A stretch of 64,000 nucleotides of DNA from Naegleria gruberi (Eukaryota), in NCBI GenBank assembly GCA_000004985.1, contig GG738850.1, one strand, 5' to 3'. The translations under genes were made by a program, and so were the position numbers. Under the pieces are notes generated by a model. The model was not told the origin of the DNA and did no database searches. It was given only the letters and a program-made list of their open reading frames with translations. Shown here piece after piece: positions 21,801 to 34,200 of the stretch. Each line of letters begins with the position of its first letter. The stretch's first letter is position 1.

Positions 21801-23505
21801 TACTACTGCTGTTGAATTACAACAACCATCAATTGTTATTGAAAATAGTGATGATGATAAACAATTAATTGTAAATAATGAAAAAGTACCTTTACAATCA
21901 TTAACAGTATACTCACATAATAATATTGGTGTTAGTGATTCATCAGATGAATTCCAAATTATTGTTGAAGATTTAACAATGAATGAACATGAAATTGAAA
22001 CTATTAATAATATTGATAATACTGATAATATGAGTGATAATATTTCAAATAGATCTTTATCTCAACAATATTTAACTAATGATGATGATATGAATGATAT
22101 GAATGATAATCAACCATCTCAACAATATGATTCAACAAGTGAATTATTAGTGAATCAAAAAACTCATCAACATGATTCAATTGATATTCAAATTGAACCA
22201 CCATTAAATGATGAACATTCCAATGAAATGGAAATTGATTATTCCTATAATACATCAAATCCAATTCAAAGTCAAGGATATTATACTAGTTATCAAATAA
22301 TACCCAACTTGAAACCATCTATTGTAATAGATAATGGATCAGGTATATTAAAATCAGGATTTGCTAATCAAGATTTTCCAATTTGTGTTTTTAATAACAT
22401 GATTGGTCGATTGAAACAATATTCAGCAACGAGAGGTGTTGGAATTGGAGGAATGAGTGGAATGGGTGGAATTGGAGATCAAGGTAAAAAATTATATTTT
22501 GGAGATGGAGCTCAATCATTGAGAGGTGTTTTACAATTATCATATCCAGTTGAAAGAGGAATTGTAAAGAATTTTGATGATTTTGAAATGATGTTACAAT
22601 ATACTCAAGATTGTTTAAAATTGGAAACATTTAGTGAAAATCCATTATTAATAACTGAATCAACAATTAATCCAAAACAAAATAGAGAAAGAATTACACA
22701 AATGATGTTTGAAACATTTGATGTACCATATCTATATATGGCTAAATCACCTGTTTTATCTTTATTTGCACATGGTTATACAACTGGTTTAGTTTTAGAT
22801 TCAGGTGATGGTGTTACACATACTGTTCCAATTTATGAAGGTTATTCTTTACCACATGCTGTTCAAAGATTAGAACTTGCAGGTAAAGATTTAACAAATT
22901 ACATGTTAAATTTATTGAATCAATCTGGTCAATCAAAACCATTTCAATCTCAAAATTCTTCATCTCATATTGAAATTGTTAGATGTTTAAAAGAAGATTT
23001 ATCTTTTGTTAAATCATTTAATGATTCACATAATTCATCATCATCAAATACTATTAACAATAATAATTCTTCATCATTACAAGTTAATTATGATTTACCA
23101 GATGGTACAAGTATTAAAGTTGGAGAGGAAAGATTTAAATGTCCAGAATTATTATTTAATCCATCAATTGTTAATGGAGGAAGTGAAATGTTGGGAGTTC
23201 ATGAATTATGTAAAAAAACAATTTATGAATGTGATATTGATTTGAGAAAGACTTTGGCTTCAAATATTTTCCTTTCAGGTGGTTCAACTAAATTTAATGG
23301 ATTTCAATCAAGATTACAAGATGAAATACAAAATTTATTACCTTATTCTAATAAGGTTAAAGTTAAAGGTTCGAAAGATGTTCAATTTTTACCATGGATT
23401 GGTGGTTCAATCATTTCAAAGATTTCACGTTTCCCTTACGATTGTATTAGTAGACAAGAATATGAAGAAACAGGTCCATATTATTGTCATGTTAAATTTA
23501 TGTAA
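18853..23505 (+). CDS. Multi-domain protein with three PH domains plus a C-terminal actin-like domain (about 1500 aa). Exons: 18853..18870, 18940..19267, 19337..23505.
   Basis: ATG at 18853 gives MSQPSP, then donor GTAAGT at 18871 and acceptor AAAG ending 18939. PH1 is split by a 69-nt intron (donor GT at 19268, acceptor ATAG ending 19336), which restores ...LLIYAVK-D-NSKNRKLKANISL...DTRQKWLKSITEQ. PH2 is GYLLKAGPNSHQPWKKRYCVLTE..., PH3 is GYLMKERTTNHWNKRFITLTE...DHWIQIIS. The actin fold begins SIVIDNGSGILKSGFANQDFPICVF and includes LDSGDGVTHTVPIYEGYSLPHAVQRLELAGKDLT, DLRKTLASNIFLSGGSTKFNGFQSRLQDEI and WIGGSIISKISRF. Confidence 0.75.
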
Positions 23506-23536
23506 ATAATAAATTCAAATAATAATAAAGTGAATA

Positions 23537-24838
23537 TTATTCCCATTCAGCATTTGTTTCCACTGCCCATTCATCCACAGTTGCTGTTTCACAAGTTATA
23601 ACAGATGGTGCAATCACTGAAATACTTCCTGTTATTACATTCTCTGCAATTTTAAATATATGAATAGAACCATCTGAACATCCAACAAATAATTGACTTC
23701 CATCATTGGACCAAATTAATGATTTTGGATTTTGAGCTTCCTTCTTTCTATTATTGAATGATTTTGAATTATTTTTTCCAATTAATTGATGATGAACTAT
23801 TGTTTTACTCTCCAAATCAATAGTACATAATATTCCATTACTTTGAAGCAATGATAACCAATATCTATTAGGTGAATAACACATATCTATACATGTAACA
23901 GGTTTAGTTTCTTTTTTTCCTTCTTCTGAATTTCCATAATAATCATATAAATTAGTATCATAACTATTTTTCAAACAACAATCATATAAATGTTTAAATT
24001 CACAAGGTTGTGTTGTTACTATAACTTCAATTAATTCAACCTTATTCAATGAACCAGCCAATGAAAAGAAACTTCCATCTGGTGTTAATAAAAATTTCTC
24101 ACCATCAAATTTTCCTTCCAAATTTGCTTGTGAAATTAATTTTGATTGATTTTCAACTTGCCACAATTTCATACAACCATCACTATTACCTAATGAAACA
24201 AATTGATAATTATCTGAAATTGGAGTTTCATTTTCACTAATTATACTATTACCATTTTCATCAAGAATAGCTTGAGTTTGACCTGCCCAATTTTTAATAA
24301 ATCTAACCATTTTAACAATATCTGAATGTGAATCTTTAGAATTTGAATTCAACTTTTTCAAACATTGACCACCACTAACACTCCACAATCTCATTGTATT
24401 ATCTCTTGATGATGATATAATTAGAGAACCATCTAATGAACAATCAATTGATAAAACACTATCTAAATGTCCATTTAATACTTTTTTACATTCAAATGTT
24501 TGCCAATTCCAAATTCTAATACTACCATCATTATAACTTGATATTATTGATTCACCACATATTGTTAGACATATATCTGTTAATTTAATTTCACTACTTT
24601 TAGACCAATTCGTTAATTGTCCTCTCATGACAAGTAATGTTTTTAAAGAATTATTATTATTATCATCAGTGGTAGTAGTAGTAGATGTTTGTATAATATC
24701 CCATAGCGTTATAATAGGATGATTTTTACTTGCTGTAACAAGTACATTATCATGTTTAGGAATAACATGAATAAAATCGATGGAGGAATTTTCAAGCCTT
24801 GTCAATGCTCTATGAAATTCAATACCAGTAGATGACAT
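23537..24838 (-). CDS. WD40-repeat protein, 433 aa, single exon
   Basis: Multiple WD-like blades are present (GHLDSVLSIDCSLDGSLIISSSRDNTMRLWSV, NDGSIRIWNW). The ATG is preceded by an A-rich leader. It is convergent with the PH-actin gene, with about 31 bp between stop codons. Confidence 0.7.
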   Translation of the reverse strand: MSSTGIEFHRALTRLENSSIDFIHVIPKHDNVLVTASKNHPIITLWDIIQTSTTTTTDDNNNNSLKTLLVMRGQLTNWSKSSEIKLTDICLTICGESIISSYNDGSIRIWNWQTFECKKVLNGHLDSVLSIDCSLDGSLIISSSRDNTMRLWSVSGGQCLKKLNSNSKDSHSDIVKMVRFIKNWAGQTQAILDENGNSIISENETPISDNYQFVSLGNSDGCMKLWQVENQSKLISQANLEGKFDGEKFLLTPDGSFFSLAGSLNKVELIEVIVTTQPCEFKHLYDCCLKNSYDTNLYDYYGNSEEGKKETKPVTCIDMCYSPNRYWLSLLQSNGILCTIDLESKTIVHHQLIGKNNSKSFNNRKKEAQNPKSLIWSNDGSQLFVGCSDGSIHIFKIAENVITGSISVIAPSVITCETATVDEWAVETNAEWE

Positions 24839-25071
24839 TTTTTTTCAACAGTGATTTTCACCTGATGCTTACTTCAATAATCGGAAGTTACGGAAACTTA
24901 ACGAAATCATTACAATAATAATATTACTCTAAATCTACTGGTTCCAAGTTTTCTAGAAATGGAACGTTGGGGAAGTAGTTTCTAATTTCTAAAATTGCGC
25001 ATTTTTTTTCAATTCCTTATTATCAACAAGCCTTAAAAAAACGATTACATCAAATAATAAAAATAATAACA

Positions 25072-25845
25072 ATGGGAGTTAGAAATAGTAGACCTGATAT
25101 TCCAAAACTTCCAATGGAAATGTTGGAAGAATTAGCTGAATCGTATGTATGATTGCGATTATATTGTCATCATCTTTTAATATTTAATTTTGGATTAAAA
25201 GTGTATATTTTGATGAAAATGAAATTGAAGAGTAAGCATCATCATGATGAATCTTATTAGTAGTATATACTATTATTGTATAGTCATTATATTTATTTTT
25301 GTACACAATTTCATGCTAGAATAGATCAATTTGTAAATATGGCTCAAGTGAGCAATATCACGGCACTTCGATATAATCCATTCAAGAAGAATATTGTGGA
25401 ATTATTTTGTTGTACGTTCATCATTTAATCATCACAATTAAGGAAGTCTTATATTATCATCACAATGTATTTCATCAAAATAGCTGATCCAGAATCAGGA
25501 TCAATGAGTTTTAGAGACTTTTTAGAAATGTGTTCAGTCTTTTCAAGAAAGGCTCCAAGAGAAGCTAAAATTGTTGTAATTTATTTATTATTTACATCAT
25601 CATCAATGGATAATTTAATTAGACAATCGGATGTTGAGAATGTTCTTGCTAGATTTGTAGGTGAACAAATGAAAACAAGTTCAGATATTAAGGATCAAAA
25701 AGATATTACATCTATTGCAGGTGCTGCTGATTGTGTCATGAGAGAGGCTGATATTGATAACAGTGGTGAAGTATCATATAAGGAATTTCAAAGATTGTGT
25801 TTGCAATTTAAGGATTTTGATAAATATACCTTTACAGTTTTATAA
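25072..25845 (+). CDS. N-myristoylated EF-hand protein, calcineurin-B-homologous (CHP-like), 4 exons: about 25072..25142, 25199..25235, 25331..25409, 25457..25845
   Basis: Exon 1 is MGVRNSRPDIPKLPMEMLEELAE with donor GTATGT at 25143. Short exon VYFDENEIE ends at donor GTAAGC. Exon 3 is IDQFVNMAQVSNITALRYNPFKKNIVELFC with donor GTACGT. The last exon carries a canonical EF loop, DIDNSGEVSYKE. Co-linear with CHP1 and calcineurin B. Exon edges are within a few nt. Confidence 0.5.
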
Positions 25846-26086
25846 TATTACACAAACAATTCAAAATAACAACTAGTTTATATTTTGGCGCCAAAGCAGT
25901 TACAGTTTTAATTTTAAAAAAAAGCATCACTAGCAGTTATAAAAAAATGTTTGCAAAATGTAAGGCTATTTTATTATTGAAAATATGAACGTTGAAATCG
26001 TGATCATCGTGATCATCACAATAAATTCTTAATAACAACAACAATACATCATTAAAGTTAGAGGACGATCGAAAAGAAATGAGGAT

Positions 26087-28170
26087 ATGTTAGGTGAGGA
26101 ATCTGGAGAAGTCTTCGGAAAGGATCTTAGAGAGAGGATTGATGAAGAACGTAAAATATATCAAGATCCTTCAATAATGATACCAACAATTGTAAAATTT
26201 CTAGTCGATTTCTTACGGGAAGCTCCTCCTAGACAGGGAATATTTAGAGAAGTTGGAAGTGTATTAAATGTTTCGAATTATCGTTCGAAGGTTAATGAAT
26301 ATGGTACAAGTAAGTTTTAAAGCCTTTAACGATTTAAAATTGAATGATAAAAAGAACCTGTTGATTATCGATCATTATTTAAACATGAATTGACACCAAA
26401 TGATGCTTCATCACTTTTAAAATCATATTTTAGATATTTACCTGAACCACTTGTAACATTTAATGGTTATGACAGACTTGTTGTTATTGGACGTATGTAT
26501 TTTGAATTGATTTAAATATTTTTAATTTACAAATATAGAAACTGAATTGGATGATAAAAATAGAATTTCCAAATTAAAAACAATGGTAGAAGGATTACCA
26601 ACAGTTAATTATGAAACATTAAAATATTTCATAGATTTATTATTTGGAATATCAACAAGAGGAGTATATAATATGGATGCAAATAATTTAGCAGTTTGTT
26701 TAAATCCATCAATTTGTTTTGCTAAAGATAAAGAATCATCAGAATCATTTTTAAATTTAAATTATGTCATTACATCACTATCTTCAATGATTAAGAACTA
26801 TCCACAAATATTTGATCAAAATATTAAGAATGATCAACAACAAGAACCAATAAGTGAACCTAAAGTAATTGTTGAAAAGAAAGTAACACCACCACCTTCA
26901 CCTAAACTTGTAAAACCACAAACTCAACAAACTCAACATATTACTAATAGAACACCTTCTAAATTAATAGATAAAGGAACATCAACACCAAAATATAAAA
27001 GTTTTGATGAAGATTTTCAAGATACAATATTACAAGAATTAGATAGATTAGATTCAAAAATAGATTTCAGAGAAACTGAATTGGAATTAGAAAGAGATTT
27101 AAGAAAGAGTGGTAGAATGGATGATTATGGTTATAAAACATTTTTAGATACAAAAAAACTTAATACAAGTGAAATGTTTAAAGAATTAGAACAAGCTGAA
27201 TCAACTGAAACATTAGGTGAAGATGATGATTTACTTTTAAAGAGAAGAAATTTTCATTCTAATTTATCAATTATTTTACCAGAGAATGAACAAGATTCAT
27301 TTCCTGCACATCCATTACTAGCTTCAACTGCATCACCAATTTCTGTTTCTGCAACAATACCTCAAAATGATCAAGAAACAAAACGATTAATGGAATTAAT
27401 TAGACAATTACAAAATGAAAATTCACAATTAAGAAAGAATCAAACTGAAATGTTCAACACTATTGAAAAATTACAAAATGATGGTGGACAAGCAAAACTA
27501 GGTGATGAAATGGAAAGAGTTAAAGCAATTGCAAATCATGAAATTCAACAAATTAGAAAATATATTTATAATGTTGAAGGTTTGTTAAATTTATTGTCAT
27601 TATGGTTAATTATTTAACATTTATTAATTCTATTATAAAATAGAACAAACAATTGAGGAATTAAAACACATGTGGACTAAAATGGATCATTTAGAAGATG
27701 GAACTAAACAAGCCTTGTTAACATCAGATCCAGGTCATTTTGGAAGACAAATTTCACATTTAAAAGATGAAATTAAAAATATGAAACTTGAAATTCGAGA
27801 TATATATGGCGGATTTGGTGAAATTAATGAAAGAATGAAAAGTATTGAAATAGATTATAGAGAAATTAATTCAAGAATTGATGATGTATTAAAAGAAGAA
27901 CGTTTTATTAAGGCTAGACATGATTATGATCTTGAACATTTAAAACGACTAGTTGAAGAATCAAATTCAAGAATTAGACAAATGGGATTAGAAATTACAA
28001 CAATACGATCAAGAGTTGATTCAAAATATTCGAATTTATCTTCACCAACAATGACTGCAAGTGCTTCAAGTAAATTAGCATCGCCTCAATTTACAACCAC
28101 AGCAAATATGGAACATAGAACAACAAGTCATATTGCTACAAATTTACCAATTTCAAAATATAAATATTAA
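26087..28170 (+). CDS. RhoGAP-domain protein with a C-terminal coiled coil, 4 exons: 26087..26309, 26355..26483, 26539..27579, 27644..28170
   Basis: RhoGAP blocks are split over exons: VFGKDL...IPTIVKFLVDFLRE...QGIFREVGS (arginine finger), HELTPNDASSLLKSYFRYLPEPLVTFNGYDRLV, and LPTVNYETLKYFIDLL...NLAVCLNPSI. Introns are 45, 55 and 64 nt with GTAAGT/GTATGT/GTTTGT donors and AG acceptors. Phases close correctly. Confidence 0.75.
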
Positions 28171-28252
28171 TTTATTTGTATATATATACTATACAATACT
28201 AATAATAAATACTAATAAAAACACAACTTCTAGGCTTAATACTAGAAGTTTC

Positions 28253-30195
28253 TTATTTTCTCTTTTTTGTAGGCTTACAGGTATCATTATCAGTACTACT
28301 TGAACTTGTTGCAACAACAGATGATGTTGATTCATATTTTCTTTTCATTGTACTTGGTAATTGAACAATACATGCTAATTTGTTCTTATTGGAATAGTAG
28401 GATGGTATTTTGTAACGTTTCTTTTCATCTTCATCTAGTGTAATATATGGTAAATGAATTGATTTTGAAGGTACAGAGGCTAATTCATGAATCCATATTT
28501 TAATAAATTCACCATTCTTATCATGATCCAAACCTTGTTTAATTGGATTGAAATATCTTGGTCTAAAATCACAACCAATACCAGCTGACCATGCCCAATT
28601 ACCATAATTTGAACAAGAATCTGTTGAATCTAATAATTGTCTTTCAAAATATTCAGCACCCATTCTCCAATCTATTTTCATATCTTTAATTAGAAATGAT
28701 GCAACTACCATTCTACCTCTATTATTCATAAAACCTGTATTTAGTAATTCTCTCATACATGCATCTACAAATGGATATCCTGTTTTACCTTTACACCATT
28801 GTTGAAATCTTTCATTTTTATATTCATTCAATGGTACTTCCCATTCATAATCTAATTCCTTATTAGGTTGTAATGCTTTTTCATAAAAAAATGAATTTCC
28901 CATTTTCCATGCTAAATATTTATAGAAATCTCTCCATAATAATTCACTCACTAATATATTAGCACTTGATTTACTTTTTTCATTACTATTTTTTTGTATT
29001 TCTGTATATATATATCTTGAACTAATACATCCTAATATATATAATAATTATAAAATATTTTTAAATATTACAATAAATTGAAAAAAATTATTATTAATTA
29101 AATAATTAATAAAAAAATTAATAAATTAAATAAAAACATACCATTTGCTAACCAAGGTGATAATTTAGTACTATAATCACCAATATTTCCATTTCTAGTA
29201 GTTGAATAATTTTTTAATTTGTTTTCAATATAAAATTTACATCTTTTTAAGGCTTTATCTTCACCTCCAATAAATTTAACAACACTTCTTTGATCATATT
29301 TAATTTCATTATCAAATTGTGTTTTTTCCATATCTGGATATAAATATTCTTTCATAAATTCATTTACATTTTCTAATTTAGTAATTAAATTACTATTTTT
29401 AGAAAATTGAGAATGAATTTTGTTAATTTCTTCTTCACTTAATAATAATTCTTCATAATCTTCCTTTTCAATTTCATAACATTCAATTTCAATATCTTTT
29501 TCATCAATTGCCTTTTCAATCTTTTTTCTAAATGCAGAAAATACCTAAAATAAAAAAATATTTAAAAATTTAAAAAAATAAAAACATACTTTTGGTATTT
29601 GATTAGGTAAATCAGTATAAGGTAAATCATTTTTATGTATTAAAGTTGAAGACCATTTTTTAATAAAATTAATATTATTTCTATTACAAATATTTTCAAT
29701 TTCCTTTTCAAAATTTTGTTCAAATAAAGTAACTTCACTATTAATATAAATATCACTAAAATTAAAATGTTTAATTAAATTATTTGTAAAATTATTAATT
29801 TTATCAAAATTAAAAGTTTTATCTTGAAAATTAAATTCATTATAAAATTCACAATCAATTAAAATTGAATTATTAAATTTTTTTAATAAATTTAAAATAG
29901 ATTCAGTTATAAATTTAAATCTTTTAGGTCCACATGAATTTGGTATTTTAGAAATACTAAATGGGGAAGGTAATTGTGATTGAGATTTATCAAATATATA
30001 AATAGGTAATAATTTCTTATTTTCTTTTTTAGCTTTTTTAATTGCATAATATAATGCTTCATTATCATGAATTCTTAAATCATTACGAAACCATATACCA
30101 ATTATAGATTCATGAATTTCATTTTTTATTTCATTTTTAAAAGTGGATAAAGTAATAGATTCTGGTGATGATTTAATCTTTGATTTTAGAGACAT
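28253..30195 (-). CDS. Cryptochrome-DASH / DNA photolyase family protein, 3 exons: 30195..29590, 29544..29142, 29031..28253
   Basis: The N-terminal alpha/beta domain contains IWFRNDLRIHDNEAL. The FAD-binding region contains STKLSPWLANG|CISSRY (intron after G), WRDFYKYLAWK and GKTGYPFVDACMRELLNTGFMNNRGRMVVASFL. Introns are 45 and 110 nt, both GTATGT...TAG. Confidence 0.8.
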
Positions 30196-30422
30196 TTTTT
30201 TTTAAAGTTGAAAAGAAGAACATTTATTATCATTGAAGTTTTATGTGATGTAATTGAAGTTTGATGAAATTCAAGTTGTATATTTGAAGTTTATGTTCAA
30301 GTTACTATGAAATTTTTACAATATTGTCAGATTTTGCAATATTTATTAGTATAGTACAATATGATTAAGAATTTAAAAATCAGTTTAAGAAGGGAATATC
30401 CCATATATTCATCATCAATCTG

Positions 30423-31058
30423 TTGAAAAAATCAACACACAACACTGAAAAAAAAATGTCAATAACCATCAATACATCATTTCTTCAAAGAATAGGAGGA
30501 GCAAGTAATAATTCAACTATCGGAGGTGGTCAATCATATATAAAAAAATCAGTCAATACAGCCATAACACCACATTCAGATGATTCTGCTTCTTTTCATG
30601 ATCCACATTCACCTATTAGTTTACATAGTATTATAAATGATGATAATCATCAGAATCAGAATCATGATAATGAACAATATAATGAAAAGACACCAATATT
30701 ATTATCACAACAATCATATAATGAAAAACAATATTTATTAGAAAATGGTATAAATAATATAAATAATTATATATATGGTAATAATAATTTAAATAATAAT
30801 TTAAATAATGATGAAATAATAGATGAAGAATTAAAAACAATTCAAAACAAATCAACAAAAGAATTACTTTCAAAAATTCATGATAATGATAAATCACTAC
30901 TATTAAAATCATTTCAAGATGAAGAAGCTCCACATAATTTTACTATAATTGTTATCATTTCTGTTGTTATTTTCTTTTTTTTACCTTGTTTGGCTTTTTT
31001 ACCTTATATTTATATGTGTAAATATAAAAATTCAGTTTCAGATATTGGTATGTTTTAA
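30423..31058 (+). CDS. Hypothetical N-rich protein with a C-terminal transmembrane helix. The true start is probably ATG at about 30456.
   Basis: ORF with local codon bias. Hydrophobic segment IIVIISVVIFFFLPCLAFLPYIY at the C-terminus. No homology recognised. Confidence 0.35.
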   Translation: MKKSTHNTEKKMSITINTSFLQRIGGASNNSTIGGGQSYIKKSVNTAITPHSDDSASFHDPHSPISLHSIINDDNHQNQNHDNEQYNEKTPILLSQQSYNEKQYLLENGINNINNYIYGNNNLNNNLNNDEIIDEELKTIQNKSTKELLSKIHDNDKSLLLKSFQDEEAPHNFTIIVIISVVIFFFLPCLAFLPYIYMCKYKNSVSDIGMF

Positions 31059-31277
31059 TATTTTAAATATTTTTAATATTTTAAATAAAATAATTGGAAA
31101 ATAATTTATTAAAATTTTATATTAGCTAAAGCATATTATAATATATCTAAAGCAATAATAGTAATATTAATATTATTATTAATATTATTAATATGTATAA
31201 TAGCTGTACCATCAAGTATTGGATTTTCAATATTAATGACAATTAAAAAATAATTAAAAAAAATAATTAAAAAATAT

Positions 31278-34200
31278 TTATCTTCTTTTAACTCTAATTG
31301 GTTTTCTATTATTATTTGAACCAGGTGCATTCATAGCAGATGATGGTTGAGCAGAGAATGGATTTGACATTCCACTACCACCACCCATATTCATACCACT
31401 AGATTGATTTAATCCAAATGAAGAGGCTTGTGAAAATGGTGATGAAATTGATGGTGTTACAGGTGTTGATAATCCTCCAAAACTACTTGGAATTGAATTT
31501 GAAAATGAACTTGTACCTAATGGTTGTTGTTGTTGTTGAGATGAAAATGTATTATTATCATTACCTCCACCAAATGAAAAACCACCACCTCCCATACTAT
31601 TATTATTACCTAAACTATTGATAGCAGTAGTAGCAGGAGCACCACCTCCAAATGTAAAACCACCACCACCACTTGGTGTAGTTGTAGCACCACCTCCAAA
31701 TGAAAAACCACCTCCCATACCACCACTACTACTATTAGAATTAGTATTTAATGGAGTTGAAAAATTAAAAGTATTAGATGTTGGTTGACTAGCTGCAGCA
31801 GGTGGTGATGAACTACTATTAAATGCAAAACCACCACCATTACTATTAGTATTTAATGGAGTACTTGCAGTGGTAGTAGTAGCAGGAGCACCACCAAATG
31901 TAAAACCACCTGTTAAAGTAGTTGGTGTTAAATTACTTTCATCAGGTTTAGTATTACCAAATGGTGATTTATCTATTATTGAATCATTAGTTGTTGTTGT
32001 AGTATTAATTATTGGATTAGTAGTACCTCCAAGTGTAAATGATGATGGTGTAGCAGTAGTTGTAGCAGTATTACCTCCTCCAAATGAAAATCCACCTGTT
32101 AATGAACTACCAATAGTAGATGATCCACCGAATTTAAATCCACTACCACTACCTGTACTATCTGATAATGTTGTATCTTTCTTTTCTTCACTTGGTGTAG
32201 TTGTAACACCTCCAAATGAGAATGATGATGATGTTGCACCTCCAAATGATGTAAATGATGGTGTTGTTGTAGTAGTAGTAGTAGTAGTATTTGATTCATC
32301 TTTCTTTTCAGTTGTATTAGTGTTTGATGTAAAATTAAATCCACCAAATGATGATGATGGTGCAGGTGCAGCAGTATCAGTAGTAGTATCATTAACAACA
32401 CTTGATAGTGGTGTAGATGTTGGAATTTTAAAAGTAGCACCTCCAAATGAATAACCACCAACACTTGGTTTACTTTCTTCTTTCTTTTCTTCTTTTTTAT
32501 CAAGTGCAAATGAACTAGTAAAATCAGTAGAAGCACCTCCAAATTTAAATCCACTACCAACATTACTTGTTGGTTTATCTTCACTTGTAGTAGTATCAGT
32601 ATTAGCAGTAGTATTAGTAGTTAATTTAAATCCACCACCAATAGAAGATGATGAGAAATTAAAACCAGAACTAGTAGTAGATTCTTCCTTTTTATCTTCA
32701 GTTGGTTTAACAATAGCACCTCCAAATGAATAACCACCACTTGATGGTATACTACTTGTTAAAGATCCACCAAATTTGAATCCACCATTTACACTAGTAG
32801 TAGTAGTAGTTGAGGTATCTTCATCATCTTTATCATTTGAAGATGGAGTAGTTGATGATGATGCAAAATTAAATCCATTACTAGTAGTTGTTGTTGATGG
32901 TTTAGTATCATCCTTATTAGTAGTAGTGGTAGTAGGAGTAGTAGATAAAGTATTACCAGTAAAATTAAATCCACCAAAAGATGATGTTGTTGTATCCTTC
33001 TTTTCTTCACTTGTAGTAATTGCACCACCAAATTTAAATCCACCTAATGTAGTACTACTACTACTAGCAGAAGTTTCTTCCTTTTTATCATCTGATTTCT
33101 TATCATCTATTGTTGTTGGAATTGTAAATTTAATACCACTTGTTAAATCTAAACTAGTAGTATTATTTGATAATGATGCAAAATTAAATCCACCCAATGA
33201 TGATGATGATGTAGTAGTAGTATTTGATTCTTCCTTTTTATCATCTGATTTCTTATCAGTTGCTCCACTAAATTTAAATCCACCAACACTAGTAATTTCC
33301 TTTTTCTTTGGTTCTTCTTCTTCTTCTTCTGAAGATGAAATAATATCATCATCATCTGATTCTTCTGATTTCTTTTCAGTAATAGTAGTAGTAATAGTAG
33401 GAATATTACTATTAGCTAATACACCACCAAATTTAAAACCAAATGATTGAGTTTCTTCCTTTTTATCATCTTGTTTCTTATCATCTGATTTCTTTTCAGC
33501 TAATACACCACCAAAATTAAATCCACCCATTGATGATGATGATGATGTAGTAGTCTTTGATTCATCATCCTTCTTTTCATTTGTATTATTACTTAAAACA
33601 CCACTAAATTTAAATCCACCTGAACTAGCAGTAGTAGTAGTAGTAGTTTCCTTTTCATCTTCAGAAGATGATAAAATATCAATTTCTTCATCAGAATCTT
33701 CATCTTTTTGTGTTACTTCCTTATCAGTATTAGTAATAGTAATAGTAGTGGTTGGAATTGTAGTAGTTTCCTTTGTAGTAGTAGTAGTAGTAGTATTAGT
33801 ATTATTAAATGTAAAAGGTGATGTAAGAGATGGAGAATCAAATTTAATACTTGAAATATTAAAAGCAGGAGTAGGAACATTTGATAATAATTTAGATTTT
33901 TCTCTATTAACTTGTTCAAATGTTTCTTCTTCTTCTTCTTCTTCATCATCTTCTTGTTGTTGTTCTTGTACTTTTCTAGCATATGGAGTTGAATCTTTTC
34001 TAATAGATTGTGTCTTTCTTTTAATTGGTGTTTCATCTGATTGACTAATATCAAATGATGTACTCTTCTTTTTACCATTTAAAGTAGATTTAGATGATTT
34101 AATGGCATCCTTTTTAGCAGTAGTTTTAGCATTTGATAAATCCATTGATTTTGTTGGAATTTCTTCATCATTTTCATCATTCATATCATTAATTGATTGT

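Noticed and set aside
31870-34044. Long + strand ORFs (194, 224, 98 aa) rich in V, L, D, P and S
   Set aside because: They are antisense to the FG-nucleoporin gene. They reflect its GGT/AGT/ACT-rich repeats, have no start context and have the wrong codon bias.
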